A stretch of DNA of 64,000 nt from Candidatus Oxydemutatoraceae bacterium (GCA_965218975.1 OZ244717.1:672001-736000); one strand, 5' to 3'. Counted from the stretch's first letter, positions 9,657 to 21,707 are shown. Made by a program: numbers and translations. The notes: generated by a model from the letters alone, not told the origin.

Positions 9657-11781
9657 GCCGCACCGCCGTCACTGGTGAAATACAGCGCGCCGTCCGTACC
9701 GAATGCCAGACCTGTCGGTCGTGCCAAACGCTTGCCGGCGGTATTTTGAAATCCTTTTATTAACGGGGCAACCGGCAACGCTTTGCCTCGGCCAGAGTGC
9801 CCGATTCACCTTAACGGCTCGCAGCAATAATAACCTATCGGCAGGCAGGTCTGATGGGTTAACGGGAATGTGGCCCTGCTCGTTTGAAACGGAACAACCC
9901 TTCCACTGCACCGCCGTCACTGGTGAAATACAGCGCGCCGTCCGTACCGAATGCCAGACCTGTCGGTCGTGCCAAACGTTTGCCGGCGGTATTTTGAAAT
10001 CCTTTTATCAACGGGGCAACCCGCAACGCTTTGCCTCGGTCAGAGTGCCCGATTCACCTTGACGGCTCGCAGCAATAACAACCTATCGGCAGGCAGGTCT
10101 GATGGGTTAACGGGAATGCGGCCCTGCTCGTTTGAAACGGAACAACCCTTCCACCGCCCCGCCGTCACTGGTGAAATACAGCGCGCCGTCCGTACCGAAT
10201 GCCAGACCTGTCGGTCGTGCCAAACGTTTGCCGGCGGTATTTTGAAATCCTTTTATCAACGGGGCAACCCGCAACGCTTTGCCTCGGTCAGAGTGCCCGA
10301 TTCACCTTGACGGCTCGCAGCAATAATAACCTATCGGCAGGCAGGTTTGATGGGTTGACGGGAATGCGGCCCTGCTCGTTTGAAACGGAACAACCCTTCC
10401 ACCGCACCGCCGTCACTGGTGAAATACAGCGCGCCGTCCGTACCGAATGCCAGACCTGTCGGTCGTGCCAAACGTTTGCCGGCGGTATTTTGAAATCCTT
10501 TTATCAACGGGGCAACCCGCAACGCTTTGCCTCGGTCAGAGTGCAGATTCACCTTGACGGCTCGCAGCAATAATAACCTATCGGCAGGCAGGTTTGATGG
10601 GTTGACGGGAATGCGGCCCTGCTCGTTTGAAACGGAACAACCCTTCCACCGCACCGCCGTCACTGGTGAAATACAGCGCGCCGTCCGTACCGAATGCCAG
10701 ACCTGTCGGTCGTGCCAAACGTTTGCCGGCGGTATTTTGAAATCCTTTTATCAACGGGGGAAACCCGCAACGCTTTGCCTCGGTCAGAGTGCAGATTCAC
10801 CTTAACGGCTCGCAGCAATAATAACCTATCGGCAGGCAGGTCTGATGGGTTAACGGGAATGTGGCCCTGCTCGTTTGAAACGGAACAACCCTTCCACTGC
10901 ACCGCCGTCACTGGTGAAATACAGCGCGCCGTCCGTACCGAATGCCAGACCTGTCGGTCGTGCCAAACGTTTGCCGGCGGTATTTTGAAATCCTTTTATC
11001 AACGGGGCAACCCGCAACGCTTTGCCTCGGTCAGAGTGCCCGATTCACCTTGACGGCTCGCAGCAATAATAACCTATCGGCAGGCAGGTTTGATGGGTTA
11101 ACGGGAATGCGGCCCTGCTCGTTTGAAACGGAACAACCCTTCCACCGCACCGCCGTCACTGGTGAAATACAGCGCGCCGTCCGTACCGAATGCCAGACCT
11201 GTCGGTCGTGCCAAACGTTTGCCGGCGGCATTTTGAAATCCTTTTATCAACGGGGTAACCGGCAACGCTTTGCCTCGGTCAGAGTGCAGATTCACCTTGA
11301 CGGCTCGCAGCAATAACAACCTATCGGCAGGCAGGTCTGATGGGTTGACGGGAATGCGGCCCTGCTCGTTTGAAACGGAACAACCCTTCCACTGCACCGC
11401 CGTCACTGGTGAAATACAGTGCGCCGTCCGTACCGAATGCCAGACCTGTCGGTCGTGCCAAACGTTTGCCGGCGGTATTTTGAAATCCTTTTATCAACGG
11501 GGTAACCCGCAACGCTTCGCCTCGGCCAGAGTGCAGATTCACCTTGACGGCCGCAGCAATAATAACCTATCGGCAGGCAGGTTTGATGGGTTAACGGGAA
11601 TGCGGCCCTGCTCGTTTGAAACGGAACAACCCTTCCACCGCCCCGCCGTCACTGGTGAAATACAGCGCGCCGTCCGTACCGAATGCCAGACCTGTCGGTC
11701 GTGCCAAACGTTTGCCGGCGGTATTTTGAAATCCTTTTATCAACGGGGCAACCCGCAACGCTTCGCCTTGGTCAAAGTGCA
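9657..11781. repeat. Tandem array of ~247-248-bp units: last ~190 bp of the sugar dehydrogenase gene plus ~55 bp downstream (8 extra copies, outermost truncated)
   Basis: ccgtcactggtgaaatacag recurs near 9666, 9913, 10162, 10410, 10657, 10905, 11153, 11400 and 11646 (the last lies inside the gene). Confidence 0.95.
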
Positions 11782-12820
11782 CGACAGCGATCCACGGCGG
11801 TCGGCGTGTCGCTTCGGCGCCAAAAAATCCGCCCGCAGGTTGGGTGGCCCACGAACCATGCAGGGCAACGATGGCGTCGTGTTCCCACATCCGACCCAAT
11901 GCATCCTGCGGCACAAATGCCACGCCCATCGGTGCGTTTCTGGCGGGGAAAGTGACGCTTGGTAAAACCGCATCGGTACGTGGCGGCGTGCGGCCAATAC
12001 ACCGGTCGCGCTGCACCTTTTCTCCGTCAAACCAAAACCACGGCATACCGTGAAAGGAGCCCGGCAAGATGCGGCTAAAGTATTCGGCAGGATGGTCATA
12101 GCCTAAGTGGTCGGGGCCGTGGTTGCTAGCATACATCACGCCGGAGCGCGGATGCCAGTCGAACCCGACCGGATTACGCAAACCCGATGCGTATATGCGC
12201 CAGCGCGCAATTCTCGTGTCCTTTGTATCGCTTGGAGAATCCTGAGCCGCAGCGTTTTCACGCAATACCAGCACACCGCCGCGCCGATTTTCAAAGTCAT
12301 AACCGGCACCGATGTATTCATCGCTGCAATTACCGCTGATACCCAAGCTGACATAAATACCGTTATCCGGTCCGACTTTGATCGTACGCGAGGAATGGCC
12401 GCCGTTTTTTGACGGCAAGTCCGCAATGCGCTGAAAATCTTCCGGCGTATAAGGCGAAGAACGGGGACGATAGGGTATTCGATAAACGCCGCTCTGACTA
12501 GCAACCCAGACCGAGCCGGTGCGCACAGCGACTCCATGCGCATTGCCTCTCTGCAGGGTCGCAAAAACCGTCGCGCGATCATAAGGCGGCGGCACGCGAT
12601 AAACGTCTCCGGTGTGGGAACCAACCAGTAACGCGCTGTCATCTGCAAACGCCAGCATGCGCGGTTTTGATATTTCGACAAGCAATTCCAATTGATAACC
12701 GGTCGGTATAGTCAGCTGCCAGGACGAATCGCCAACCGAAACAGTTTGCGTTCGGTACGACTCGGCGTCTACCCATGCCGGCAACAAACAGAATACGATA
12801 AACAGGCAGCTTTTCCGCAT
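11591..12820 (-). CDS. PQQ-dependent sugar (glucose/sorbosone) dehydrogenase family protein
   Basis: Signal peptide, ASGLRNPVGFDWHP, APMGVAF, HGSW, RPTGLAFGTDGALYFTSD. Confidence 0.88.
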   Translation of the reverse strand: MRKSCLFIVFCLLPAWVDAESYRTQTVSVGDSSWQLTIPTGYQLELLVEISKPRMLAFADDSALLVGSHTGDVYRVPPPYDRATVFATLQRGNAHGVAVRTGSVWVASQSGVYRIPYRPRSSPYTPEDFQRIADLPSKNGGHSSRTIKVGPDNGIYVSLGISGNCSDEYIGAGYDFENRRGGVLVLRENAAAQDSPSDTKDTRIARWRIYASGLRNPVGFDWHPRSGVMYASNHGPDHLGYDHPAEYFSRILPGSFHGMPWFWFDGEKVQRDRCIGRTPPRTDAVLPSVTFPARNAPMGVAFVPQDALGRMWEHDAIVALHGSWATQPAGGFFGAEATRRPPWIAVVHFDQGEALRVAPLIKGFQNTAGKRLARPTGLAFGTDGALYFTSDGGAVEGLFRFKRAGPHSR

Positions 12821-13338
12821 AAGTAAAAGTATAACTTATCCTCATCGAGCATGGCGGCATATCATAGTCGCACTCAATGCGCCTATCTGCATGTATATGC
12901 TAATCCGCACTCAGCACAAAGCATCATCGCGCCGGTCCTCTCCCGTATCACTGCCGATACGTTCGTCGGAGGACGAGCTCACCACAAGCAAGGAATCGCC
13001 CGCAATCAGGCGGTTGCCCTAGCTGCGGCGCATTGTAGAACTTAATTTCCCGACACAGCGGTATATCGCACTCTTTTCCAAGCAAAGCGTTGTTTGTCCG
13101 GCATGTATTGGTCACGTACACAATCTAGGTTTTAGATGAGACGGTAATTCGTAAATCTTATCATTTGCCGACAGTGTCAATCGGCATCCATAGATTGCAA
13201 GTGCCGGAAATACAAATGAACCTTCAAATCAATCACAAAGTTCTTCTGAATCATACCATCTGTTTTTTCACACTGGCGATCATGCGGCTATACGTTCTCC
13301 GCAAAATTATGACCGACGCAATCGTTCAATTCGTGCTC

Positions 13339-14010
13339 CTACAATAACTGCCGTTCGACAAATGACGTGATATTTTCACCAACGACAAAGTGGTCGAGTA
13401 CACGCACATCAATTAAATCAAGCGAATGCTTTAGTTCGTCGGTAATTTGTTTGTCGGCAACACTCGGTTCATCCGAACCGGAAGGATGATTATGCGCCAA
13501 AACAATTGCTGCGGCGTTATGATGCAAGGCACGTTTCACAACCTCGCGCGGATGAACGCTGGCCCCGTCTATTGTCCCGTAGAATAATTCCTCAAAAGCA
13601 ATGACACGGTGTTGATTATCCAAAAAAAGACAAGCGAAAACTTCGTGCTCATAATCACGCATTTTTAATGCCAGATAGTCACGCATATGGTCGGGGCTAG
13701 CGAGTACATCGCCTTTATGAATTGTTTCAAGCAGGCTCCGACGCACCAATTCGGTTGCTGCTTGTAACATCACGTAACGTACTTTACCGATCCCTTTTAC
13801 CGCACATAATACTTCTCGCTTTGCGCGCATAATTTCAGATAAACTACCGAAGTCTTTGAGCAGCTGATGCGCGATCTCCAATACACTCCGCGTTTTAGTA
13901 CCGCTGCCGAGCAGCAAAGTCAGCAGCTCGGCATCCGACAGAACACCCGCTCCGTGCCGTAAAAACTTCTCACGTGGTCTTTCTTGTTCGGACCATTGTT
14001 TGATTGTCAT
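13339..14010 (-). CDS. radC: RadC/JAB-domain protein
   Basis: ERPREK, LSDAELL, HPREVVK, AHNHPSG...D; divergent from coaBC. Confidence 0.95.
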   Translation of the reverse strand: MTIKQWSEQERPREKFLRHGAGVLSDAELLTLLLGSGTKTRSVLEIAHQLLKDFGSLSEIMRAKREVLCAVKGIGKVRYVMLQAATELVRRSLLETIHKGDVLASPDHMRDYLALKMRDYEHEVFACLFLDNQHRVIAFEELFYGTIDGASVHPREVVKRALHHNAAAIVLAHNHPSGSDEPSVADKQITDELKHSLDLIDVRVLDHFVVGENITSFVERQLL

Positions 14011-14134
14011 TGCTTATTTTCCCAAGAATAATCATGCGTGATTTTGCAGGCATTAGGAGAAAAATACGACAAGCGGTAGTATTTAGCAGCTACTATTTGC
14101 TAAACAAACCCCAATTAGGTTATGTAAGAAAACT

Positions 14135-15406
14135 ATGTCGGTTAAAAACAAGCACATTTTGCTTGGCGTTACCGGTGGCATTGCCGCCTACAAAGCCGCA
14201 TTTCTCACGCGCCTGCTATGCAAAGCCGAAGCGAAGGTACAAGTGGTAATGACGCAAACCGCCGAACAATTTATCGGCGCTGCCACATTCCAAGGATTAA
14301 CCGGCAATTCGGTAATTACGCATGCCTCCGGCTTTACCGGCACCGGCGAGATGTATCATATTGAACTGGCGCGTTGGGCGGACCTGTTTTGTATCGCACC
14401 GACATCCGCCAACACTTTGGCAAAGCTCGCTCATGGCGTGGCGGATAATTCACTGACGGCCACTTATCTTGCGGTCGAAAGTATCGTTGCAGTAGCGCCG
14501 GCAATGAATCGTGCCATGTGGCAACATCCGGCAGTACAAAACAACTGTAGAATTCTAAAAAAACACGGCGTGTTGATTTGGGGACCCGACACTGGTGAGC
14601 AAGCATGCGGCGAACAAGGCGAAGGCAGAATGTTAGAACCCAACGAGCTCGTCACCTGCATCAACGAGCAATTCGGTATGCGTTTTTTGACGGGGAAAAA
14701 AGTGGTGGTAACCGCAGGTCCGACACGCGAGCCGTGGGATGCGGTGCGCTGTCTGAGTAATTTTAGTTCCGGGAAAATGGGGTTTGCAATGGCGCAAGCC
14801 GCCCAAGCGCTCGGGGCAAACGTTACGTTGGTCAGCGGTCCGGTCGCGCTGGCGACCCCACACGCTGTCACTCGTATCAATGTTACCACCGCAGAGCAAA
14901 TGCGACATGCTGTCATCGAACAACTTCCCTCAACCGACTTATTGATTGCTTGCGCTGCGGTCGCAGACTATCGCCCGGCGCAACCGCTAACAAAAAAGAT
15001 TAAGAAAAACAAAGCGACGTTGAACTTATCGCTAGAGCGTACACCGGATATTCTTGCGGACATCGGGCAACGCGACACCCGTCCGTTTCTCGTCGGTTTT
15101 GCTGTCGAGACAGATGCGCTCATTGCTAACGCGCGAGCAAAGTTGTTACAAAAAAATCTCGATATGATTGTCGCCAACCCGGTGGGGGAAAATACACCCT
15201 ACGGTTTTGATAGCGACCTCAACTGTGCCACTTTACTTTGGCGTAACGGCGAAAAAACTTTTGACGTGCAGTCTAAAACCGGATTAGCAAAGAAGCTGAT
15301 GCAAATCATTACTAAACACTTTTACTCCCGTATACAATCATCGCAACCCGAAGATAAAAACCATGCAGAAAGTAGCCGACAACGCCATCCAACTAAAAAT
15401 TCTTGA
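14135..15406 (+). CDS. coaBC: Phosphopantothenoylcysteine decarboxylase/ligase
   Basis: [34 protein letters not shown]. Confidence 0.97.
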   Translation: MSVKNKHILLGVTGGIAAYKAAFLTRLLCKAEAKVQVVMTQTAEQFIGAATFQGLTGNSVITHASGFTGTGEMYHIELARWADLFCIAPTSANTLAKLAHGVADNSLTATYLAVESIVAVAPAMNRAMWQHPAVQNNCRILKKHGVLIWGPDTGEQACGEQGEGRMLEPNELVTCINEQFGMRFLTGKKVVVTAGPTREPWDAVRCLSNFSSGKMGFAMAQAAQALGANVTLVSGPVALATPHAVTRINVTTAEQMRHAVIEQLPSTDLLIACAAVADYRPAQPLTKKIKKNKATLNLSLERTPDILADIGQRDTRPFLVGFAVETDALIANARAKLLQKNLDMIVANPVGENTPYGFDSDLNCATLLWRNGEKTFDVQSKTGLAKKLMQIITKHFYSRIQSSQPEDKNHAESSRQRHPTKNS

Positions 15407-15851
15407 TCCTCGTATCGGCAAAGAATTTCCTTTGCCGGAACTTGCGACCGAAGGCTCGGCCGGTTTTGATTTGCATGCATGCTTGAGAGCGCCACTGACT
15501 TTACAGCCTAGCGACACCGAACTCATTCCGGCCGGTTTTGCAATTTATATCAACGACCCATCGCTTGCCGCGATTATCTTGCCGCGGTCGGGTCTCGGAC
15601 ACAGGCATGGCATTGTGCTTGGCAATCTGGTCGGTTTGATTGATTCGGATTATCAAGGGCAGATTTTCGTTTCCTGCTGGAATCGCGGTTTGTCAAATTT
15701 CACAATCCATCCCGGCGATCGCATCGCACAGATGGGGTTTGTCCCTTTTGTCAAAAGACCTTTTACCATTGTAAAAGAATTTTCTCCCTCACAACGCGGC
15801 GACGGTGGGTTTGGTCATACCGGTGGCACAACACAGCAATATTCAACGTAG
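15363..15851 (+). CDS. dut: dUTP diphosphatase
   Basis: [32 protein letters not shown]. Confidence 0.97.
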   Translation: MQKVADNAIQLKILDPRIGKEFPLPELATEGSAGFDLHACLRAPLTLQPSDTELIPAGFAIYINDPSLAAIILPRSGLGHRHGIVLGNLVGLIDSDYQGQIFVSCWNRGLSNFTIHPGDRIAQMGFVPFVKRPFTIVKEFSPSQRGDGGFGHTGGTTQQYST

Positions 15852-17214
15852 TATTTTCAAGGCCTATGATATTCGCGGTGTCGTCGGCGAAAACTTCGGC
15901 GAGGAACAGGCGTACACCATCGGTTGCGCGCTCGCACAGCATTATCGTAACAACGCAATTACAGCGGTCGGACGCGACGGCAGGTTATCTAGTCCGGCAA
16001 TCGCCGCTGCTTTGATTCGCGGTTTGAATACTTGCGGTGTGGACACTATTGAAATCGGCGCGGTGCCGACGCCGGTACTATATTTTGCCGCATATCAACA
16101 TGCCGAAGGTTCAGGGCTAATGATCACCGGCAGTCACAATCCGGCGCAGTACAATGGCATTAAAATAATGATATGCGGGCATACTTTGGCAGGAGACGAC
16201 ATGCAAATTCTTTATGAAGTTTGCGCTAATCAAAATTCATTTCCGCGCCCAACCCGACCCGGTGCCAATCAAACACTTGACCTGCTTAACAAATACTTAG
16301 ACCGCATCGTCGCCAATGTTCAACTGCAACGTCCGTTGAAAGTCGCCGTTGATTGCGGCAATGGTATTGCCGGTCCGGCAATGACCGGCATGCTTGATCG
16401 CCTCGGTTGCGAAATGATTCCTTTATACTGCGAAGTGGACGGTAGTTTCCCGAATCATCATCCGAACCCGAGTGTCCCGGAAAATTTAGAAGACCTGATC
16501 CGTACCGTGCAAAAAAACAAATGCGATATCGGCATCGCTCTGGATGGTGATGGTGATCGTTTGGGAGTAGTGGACGATCGCGGACGCGTCATCTGGGCGG
16601 ACCGTCAAATGATGTTGTTCGTAAAGGATATTCTGTCAAGTAACCGTGGCGGCATCGTTATTTATGATGTGAAATCATCGTACCATCTGGAAAAAATCAT
16701 TCGGGAATGCGGTGGCACACCATATATCAGCCGCACCGGACATTCTTTTATTAAAGCCGCATTAAAAGAAACAGGCGCCATATTTGCCGGTGAGATGAGC
16801 GGGCATTTATTTTTTAACGACCGCTGGTTTGGGTTTGACGACGGCGTTTATGCTGCCGCACGTTTTCTTGAACTTTTATCGCGTCAAGACAAACCATGTA
16901 GTGCGCTGTGCGATACATTACCCCAATCGATGCACACGCCGGAGATCAATATTCATTTTGCGCAAGAGAATGCTCAGCATGAATTTATGCAACGCTTTAT
17001 TTCTGCTGCAAGTTTTTCTAATGCAAAAATTAACTTGACAGACGGACTGCGTGCGGAATTTGAGCATGGATGGGGGCTGATTCGTGCTTCAAACACAACT
17101 CCGTGTTTGGTGATTCGTTTTGAAGCGAATAGCAAAACCGAGTTAGAGCAGGTGCAATCGTTGTTTCGTGCGGAATTGTTAAAGGTGAAGCCGACGCTGA
17201 ACATCCCATTCTAA
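15823..17214 (+). CDS. algC: Phosphomannomutase/phosphoglucomutase
   Basis: [31 protein letters not shown]; probable GTG start at 15823. Confidence 0.93.
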   Translation: MAQHSNIQRSIFKAYDIRGVVGENFGEEQAYTIGCALAQHYRNNAITAVGRDGRLSSPAIAAALIRGLNTCGVDTIEIGAVPTPVLYFAAYQHAEGSGLMITGSHNPAQYNGIKIMICGHTLAGDDMQILYEVCANQNSFPRPTRPGANQTLDLLNKYLDRIVANVQLQRPLKVAVDCGNGIAGPAMTGMLDRLGCEMIPLYCEVDGSFPNHHPNPSVPENLEDLIRTVQKNKCDIGIALDGDGDRLGVVDDRGRVIWADRQMMLFVKDILSSNRGGIVIYDVKSSYHLEKIIRECGGTPYISRTGHSFIKAALKETGAIFAGEMSGHLFFNDRWFGFDDGVYAAARFLELLSRQDKPCSALCDTLPQSMHTPEINIHFAQENAQHEFMQRFISAASFSNAKINLTDGLRAEFEHGWGLIRASNTTPCLVIRFEANSKTELEQVQSLFRAELLKVKPTLNIPF

Positions 17215-17241
17215 GCGATATAAAGGCAACTGTTATTTCCG

Positions 17242-18123
17242 ATGATACAAGATGCAAAAAATAGAGTTAGGATCCTGAGTGAGGCACTGCCCTACATTCA
17301 GCGGTTTCACGACAAAGTCATTGTCGTGAAATATGGCGGCAATGCGATGACAGATAGCGATATTAAACGTAGCTTTGCTCGTGATACCGTACTACTCAAG
17401 CAAGTCGGCCTGCATCCGCTCATTGTGCACGGCGGCGGTCCGAGTATTTCAAAAACTTTAACGAAGCATAATATCAACAGCGAGTTTATCCATGGGATTC
17501 GAGTTACCGACAATGCGACAATGGAAGTGGTTGATGAATGCCTTGCGCAAATTAATCGGGAATTGTGCGATACGATTGCTGCGCTTGGCGGTAAAGCAAT
17601 CAGTCTTGCACACGACGGACATCGCATGGTGTATGCACGCAAAATGCGAATCTCCGGTCACCCGGAGGTGGACTTAGGACGCGTCGGCGAGGTCGCAGGA
17701 GTGGATGACAGATTGAAGAAGTTGGCGATTGATTCCGAACAAATTCCGGTGGTATCGCCTGTCGGTGTCGATCAAAATAATCTCATTTATAACGTCAATG
17801 CAGACTTGGCCGCCGCTGGGGTCGCCGCTTTTCTACAAACCGAAAAGTTGATTTTAATGACGAACACACCCGGAGTCATGGATGCCGAAGGCAATTTACT
17901 GGCAACATTGTCAGCGGATGAAACGTGGAAATGGATTGAAAGCGATGTAATACAAGGGGGGATGTTACCGAAAGTGCGGTGCGCTTTTAACGCAGTCAAC
18001 GCAGGCGTACACGCCGCGCATATCATTGACGGGCGCGAACAGCACGCTTTGCTACTAGAGCTTTTGACCGATGCCGGAGTGGGCACTTTGATTGCAAAAG
18101 ACGCCGCGACTAAAACCGGCTAA
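17242..18123 (+). CDS. argB: Acetylglutamate kinase
   Basis: EALPYI, KYGGNAM, VHGGGP, NVNAD, GGMLPK. Confidence 0.97.
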   Translation: MIQDAKNRVRILSEALPYIQRFHDKVIVVKYGGNAMTDSDIKRSFARDTVLLKQVGLHPLIVHGGGPSISKTLTKHNINSEFIHGIRVTDNATMEVVDECLAQINRELCDTIAALGGKAISLAHDGHRMVYARKMRISGHPEVDLGRVGEVAGVDDRLKKLAIDSEQIPVVSPVGVDQNNLIYNVNADLAAAGVAAFLQTEKLILMTNTPGVMDAEGNLLATLSADETWKWIESDVIQGGMLPKVRCAFNAVNAGVHAAHIIDGREQHALLLELLTDAGVGTLIAKDAATKTG

Positions 18124-18758
18124 GCGGCATACTGCGAACGGTACTCCCTTAATACATCCAGCTGTGCGGCATATTGCGGATCATCCCGTATAAATCTGAT
18201 CAAATCGGTAACGTTTGCAATGCTAATGACTCGTAGACAATAAATCTCTTCAATTTCATGCACTGCCGACTGTTGCCCGGCCCCTCTTTCCTGGCGATCA
18301 AAAGCCGTAACGATCGCGACTGCTTGCGCACCGGCTTGCTTAATCAGCGATAAGGCCCCGCGTGCCGCAGTACCCGCTGTAATCACATCATCCACAACGA
18401 CTAACTGCCCGTTCAACGGTGCGCCAAGTATGCATCCGCCTTCGCCGTGATCTTTCACTTCTTTGCGATGAACAGAAAGACATATATTCACATTAAATTT
18501 CTGCTCAAGATAAATCACCGTCGCCGTGGCGATAGGGATGCCTTTATATGCCAACCCGAAAATACCATCAAACTCAATCCCTGCGGCATAGATGGTCTGG
18601 GCATAAAACATGCCTAATTGGCGGAGCGCGACACCGGAGTGCAGCATACCCGCATTGAAAAAATACGGACTGACCCGGCCGGATTTTAGCTTAAATCTAC
18701 CGAACTGCAATGCGCCATGATTGAGTGCAAATTTCAAGAAACGGTGACTGTAAGACAT
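18120..18758 (-). CDS. pyrE: Orotate phosphoribosyltransferase
   Basis: FKLKSGRVSPYFFNAG, AYKGIP, KDHGEGG, VVDDVITAGT; ATG at 18758. Confidence 0.96.
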   Translation of the reverse strand: MSYSHRFLKFALNHGALQFGRFKLKSGRVSPYFFNAGMLHSGVALRQLGMFYAQTIYAAGIEFDGIFGLAYKGIPIATATVIYLEQKFNVNICLSVHRKEVKDHGEGGCILGAPLNGQLVVVDDVITAGTAARGALSLIKQAGAQAVAIVTAFDRQERGAGQQSAVHEIEEIYCLRVISIANVTDLIRFIRDDPQYAAQLDVLREYRSQYAA

Positions 18759-19242
18759 TGGATTTTTATCGAAACTACTAAAACCGGATGGTCGGCTGGC
18801 GATTATCCGCAATTTACTCTACGGTCTAAGTGCGCATACGGCACCGAGCCACATTGGATCTTAAAAGTATATCGCACCCTTACCTAATTGGAAAACACCT
18901 GTACGTGTCCAATACATTCCGGACAAATGAGGCCAGGCAAATAGGGCAGTCGTCGGACAATGACTTGGTACGGAACCATATCGTTTAATCCCCGGTGGAG
19001 GTGCCCGCCGGGGGCGCTCGCCGTTGTAACGTTGCGGGTAATCAATCATCTGCCGGTTAGACTCACCGATGTTTTCAGGCAATCACGCTTCCCGACAAGC
19101 TGTCACTCCTCGTCACCCTTCGTCAAATGCGCTCGGGTACACCCTGGTCCGTAGTTTCTCTCGAAACAGCAAGCCGGTCATTGACCGGCAGGGAACGCCA
19201 TGTGTTGCGGCCGGGCCATGTTTGTCCCGGAATAGCAGGGCT

Positions 19243-20892
19243 TCAAGTTTCTGCCGGGCTTTGGTTCTTATCGTCGTCTCTGTTTTTATTGTATTCTTGA
19301 ATCCATTGCTCGGCCTCTTCCTCGGTGTAACGGCCTGTCACTGCGCGTGAGTCTTGGGGCAATTCATAACTCTCCGGTTGTCCTACATGCTTTTGCAGTC
19401 TCTCCTTGAGGTCTTGAGTACGTTCTTTTTGAGTACGTTCTTTTCCTATGTATCCGGAGACATTTCCGATGATACGCCCCAAACCCTCTTTGCTTAATCC
19501 TCCGGAGAAAACAACGGATGACAAATCCGAGTCCTCACCTATGTGAGACTTAATCTTGTTCTCGAATATGCCAAACGAAAAGCTATCGCAAAACACACCT
19601 TGAAATTGTGCTCCCTCAAGATACGCTCCTTGAAATTGTGCTCCCTGGAGGTTCGCTCCCTGAAATTGTGCTCCCCGGAGGTTCGCTCCCTGAAATTGTG
19701 CTCCCCGGAGATCCGCTCCTTGAAATTGTGCTCTCCGGAGATCCGCTCCTTGAAATTGTGCTCCCTGGAGCTTCGCTCCCTGAAATTGTGCTCCCCGGAG
19801 CTCCGCTCCTTGAAATTGTGCATCCCAGAGATCCGCTCCTTGAAATTGTGCTCCCCGGAGATCCGCTCCTTGAAATTGTGCTCTCCGGAGATCCGCTCCT
19901 TGAAATTGTGCTACCCAGAGCTCCGCTCCTTGAAATTGTGCATCCCAGAGATCCGCTCCTTGAAATTGTGTCCCCCGGAGATCCGCTCCTTGAAATTGTG
20001 TCCCCCGGAGATCCGCTCCTTGAAATTGTGTCCCCCGGAGATCCGCTCCTTGAAATCGGATGCTGTCGTGTAGTGCGACACCTCGAAAATAAGCTTCGGA
20101 CAAGTCCGGTGTCCGGTCTTTCCAGAATTGTTTCAGTGTTTTTTCGGAGTGTATCTTTGTTGTAAACAGCAATTCCAGCAGCGACCGGATTTCGGCAGAG
20201 GGCTTATTCGCATATTCCTCCCGGTATTCTTTTCTGCTCGTGGTCTCGCGAATATGCGCGCATAAGATTTCCGCAATGGATGCACGCAGCCTGTCCTCGT
20301 CCAGGGCAAGGTAAAATAAGGCATAGGCCCCGCCCTGGCGCACAGATACCTGTTCTTTTCCAAGGTGATCTACCGCATCGCGAAAACGCTGCTGACGGTG
20401 ACCCTTCTCTGTTGCTTTGACGACATCGGCCTGAGCTTGGGCGGTCTTGTCCTGGGCTTGGGCGGTCTTGTCCTGGGCTTGGGCGGTCTTGACCTGGGCT
20501 TGAGCGGTCTCGTTCATTGCATCAGCTCTTCGTAAGGCTGCCAGGACTGCCAGTGCGGAAACTAAACCGGCCAGAGCCAACGCCAGGGATTGAATAACAT
20601 CCCGCTTATCTTCTACACCCAGGGAATAACATAAGAACGAGCCAAATTCGAGGCAGTCTTTAGGCACGAAAAACAACGTCAAGATAAGCAGGGCAAAAAC
20701 TATAAAAACGAAAACCAGAATAAGTATTTCTATCCATCGTTCAGGCCAGGCTAAGCGACGCAATCTTTCCCTGTATATGGCCAAGTAGGGCCGAATCTTC
20801 TTCCATGCAGGCCCAGCGAAACCGCGCAATCTTTTCATGCACCTGGTTCGGTAGGACCGAATCTTCTGCCTTAAGTCGGTGAGTTTATTCAT
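19243..20892 (-). CDS. Membrane-anchored pentapeptide-repeat protein, paralog 1 (15 decapeptide units)
   Basis: Two TM helices, AQAQDKT heptads, RFRDAVDHLG...VRQGGAYAL domain, (AQFQG-AxLxx)n; GGAGG RBS. Confidence 0.92.
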   Translation of the reverse strand: MNKLTDLRQKIRSYRTRCMKRLRGFAGPAWKKIRPYLAIYRERLRRLAWPERWIEILILVFVFIVFALLILTLFFVPKDCLEFGSFLCYSLGVEDKRDVIQSLALALAGLVSALAVLAALRRADAMNETAQAQVKTAQAQDKTAQAQDKTAQAQADVVKATEKGHRQQRFRDAVDHLGKEQVSVRQGGAYALFYLALDEDRLRASIAEILCAHIRETTSRKEYREEYANKPSAEIRSLLELLFTTKIHSEKTLKQFWKDRTPDLSEAYFRGVALHDSIRFQGADLRGTQFQGADLRGTQFQGADLRGTQFQGADLWDAQFQGAELWVAQFQGADLRRAQFQGADLRGAQFQGADLWDAQFQGAELRGAQFQGAKLQGAQFQGADLRRAQFQGADLRGAQFQGANLRGAQFQGANLQGAQFQGAYLEGAQFQGVFCDSFSFGIFENKIKSHIGEDSDLSSVVFSGGLSKEGLGRIIGNVSGYIGKERTQKERTQDLKERLQKHVGQPESYELPQDSRAVTGRYTEEEAEQWIQEYNKNRDDDKNQSPAET

Positions 20893-21063
20893 CTTTACAC
20901 CTCCGGCGCGAGAACAGACGTCTTTGTTCTCGATGCCGTAAACATCAGTGATGTTTCCGCAGAAAAAATCCTGCAGAAAATCTCTGCGGGCTGAAAGAAA
21001 CGAGGCGTAGGCCTCAAATTGAAAATCAAGCGGTGCGGATGTTCAGGGTAACGCAAGACGTAA

Positions 21064-21282
21064 TTAAAGCCGGCTCATGCCGGCAAAAGCAGTGATCGGC
21101 GCTGTCACAACCAGAATTACCGAGATCGCCAGGCTAACAAACCAGGTTTTACCTGAATTGATCCTGTCGCAGATATTCTTTACCTCGGCATCAATGTGGG
21201 TACGCAGCCCTTTTACCTCGGTATCAATCTTCTTATCAAGAGCCTGTAGCTGCTGATAGATTGTCTCTAGTGTAACTTCCAT
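21064..21282 (-). CDS. Small coiled-coil protein with C-terminal TM anchor (CCDC90/DUF1640-like)
   Basis: Heptad pattern then hydrophobic WFVSLAISVILVVTAPITAF; AAGGAA RBS; conserved duplicate at 24011. Confidence 0.7.
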   Translation of the reverse strand: MEVTLETIYQQLQALDKKIDTEVKGLRTHIDAEVKNICDRINSGKTWFVSLAISVILVVTAPITAFAGMSRL

Positions 21283-21485
21283 AAATTTTTCCTTATCGGT
21301 GCAAGATCAGCACAAGGGAATCCCTCACGAGCCCCTTCCCTGCAAACGAGTAAAAAGGCAAGGCACGCACCTTACAGGCTTAAAAGCAGAGTAAAGGGAA
21401 GGCGGCAGGTTTGTCAAATCAGTGCATCGATCCAAAACACCCATTTCGTGTAGATGCAGTCTGTGACGGATCGTTCCGCGCATCC

Positions 21486-21707
21486 TCATGTTTGCAGTCT
21501 CGTTATCAAACTAACCGCGGCAATGATGATGCCGGCAATGATAGTCTGGGCATAAAACATGCCTAATTGGCGGAGCGCGACACCGGAGTGCAGCATACCC
21601 GCATTGAAAAAATACGGACTGACCCGGCCGGATTTTAGCTTAAATCTACCGAACTGCAATGCGCCATGATTAAGTGCAAATTTCAAGAAACGGTGACTGT
21701 AAGACAT
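21486..21707 (-). pseudogene. Chimeric pyrE 5' fragment fused to the TM tail of a DUF1640-like gene (duplication junction)
   Basis: MSYSHRF...FYAQT identical to PyrE, then IIAGIIIAAVSLITRLQT identical to the tail at 24433-24490. Confidence 0.88.

Noticed and set aside
9669-11965. Many 80-230-aa ORFs (MPDLSVVPN..., MTAVQWKG...)
   Set aside because: Shadow frames of the 248-bp tandem repeat; they shift frame from unit to unit and show no recognisable family
12850-13330. Possible ncRNA or small gene between the dehydrogenase and radC (also 28700-29040 and 31560-31800)
   Set aside because: No recognisable RNA motif or convincing ORF by eye
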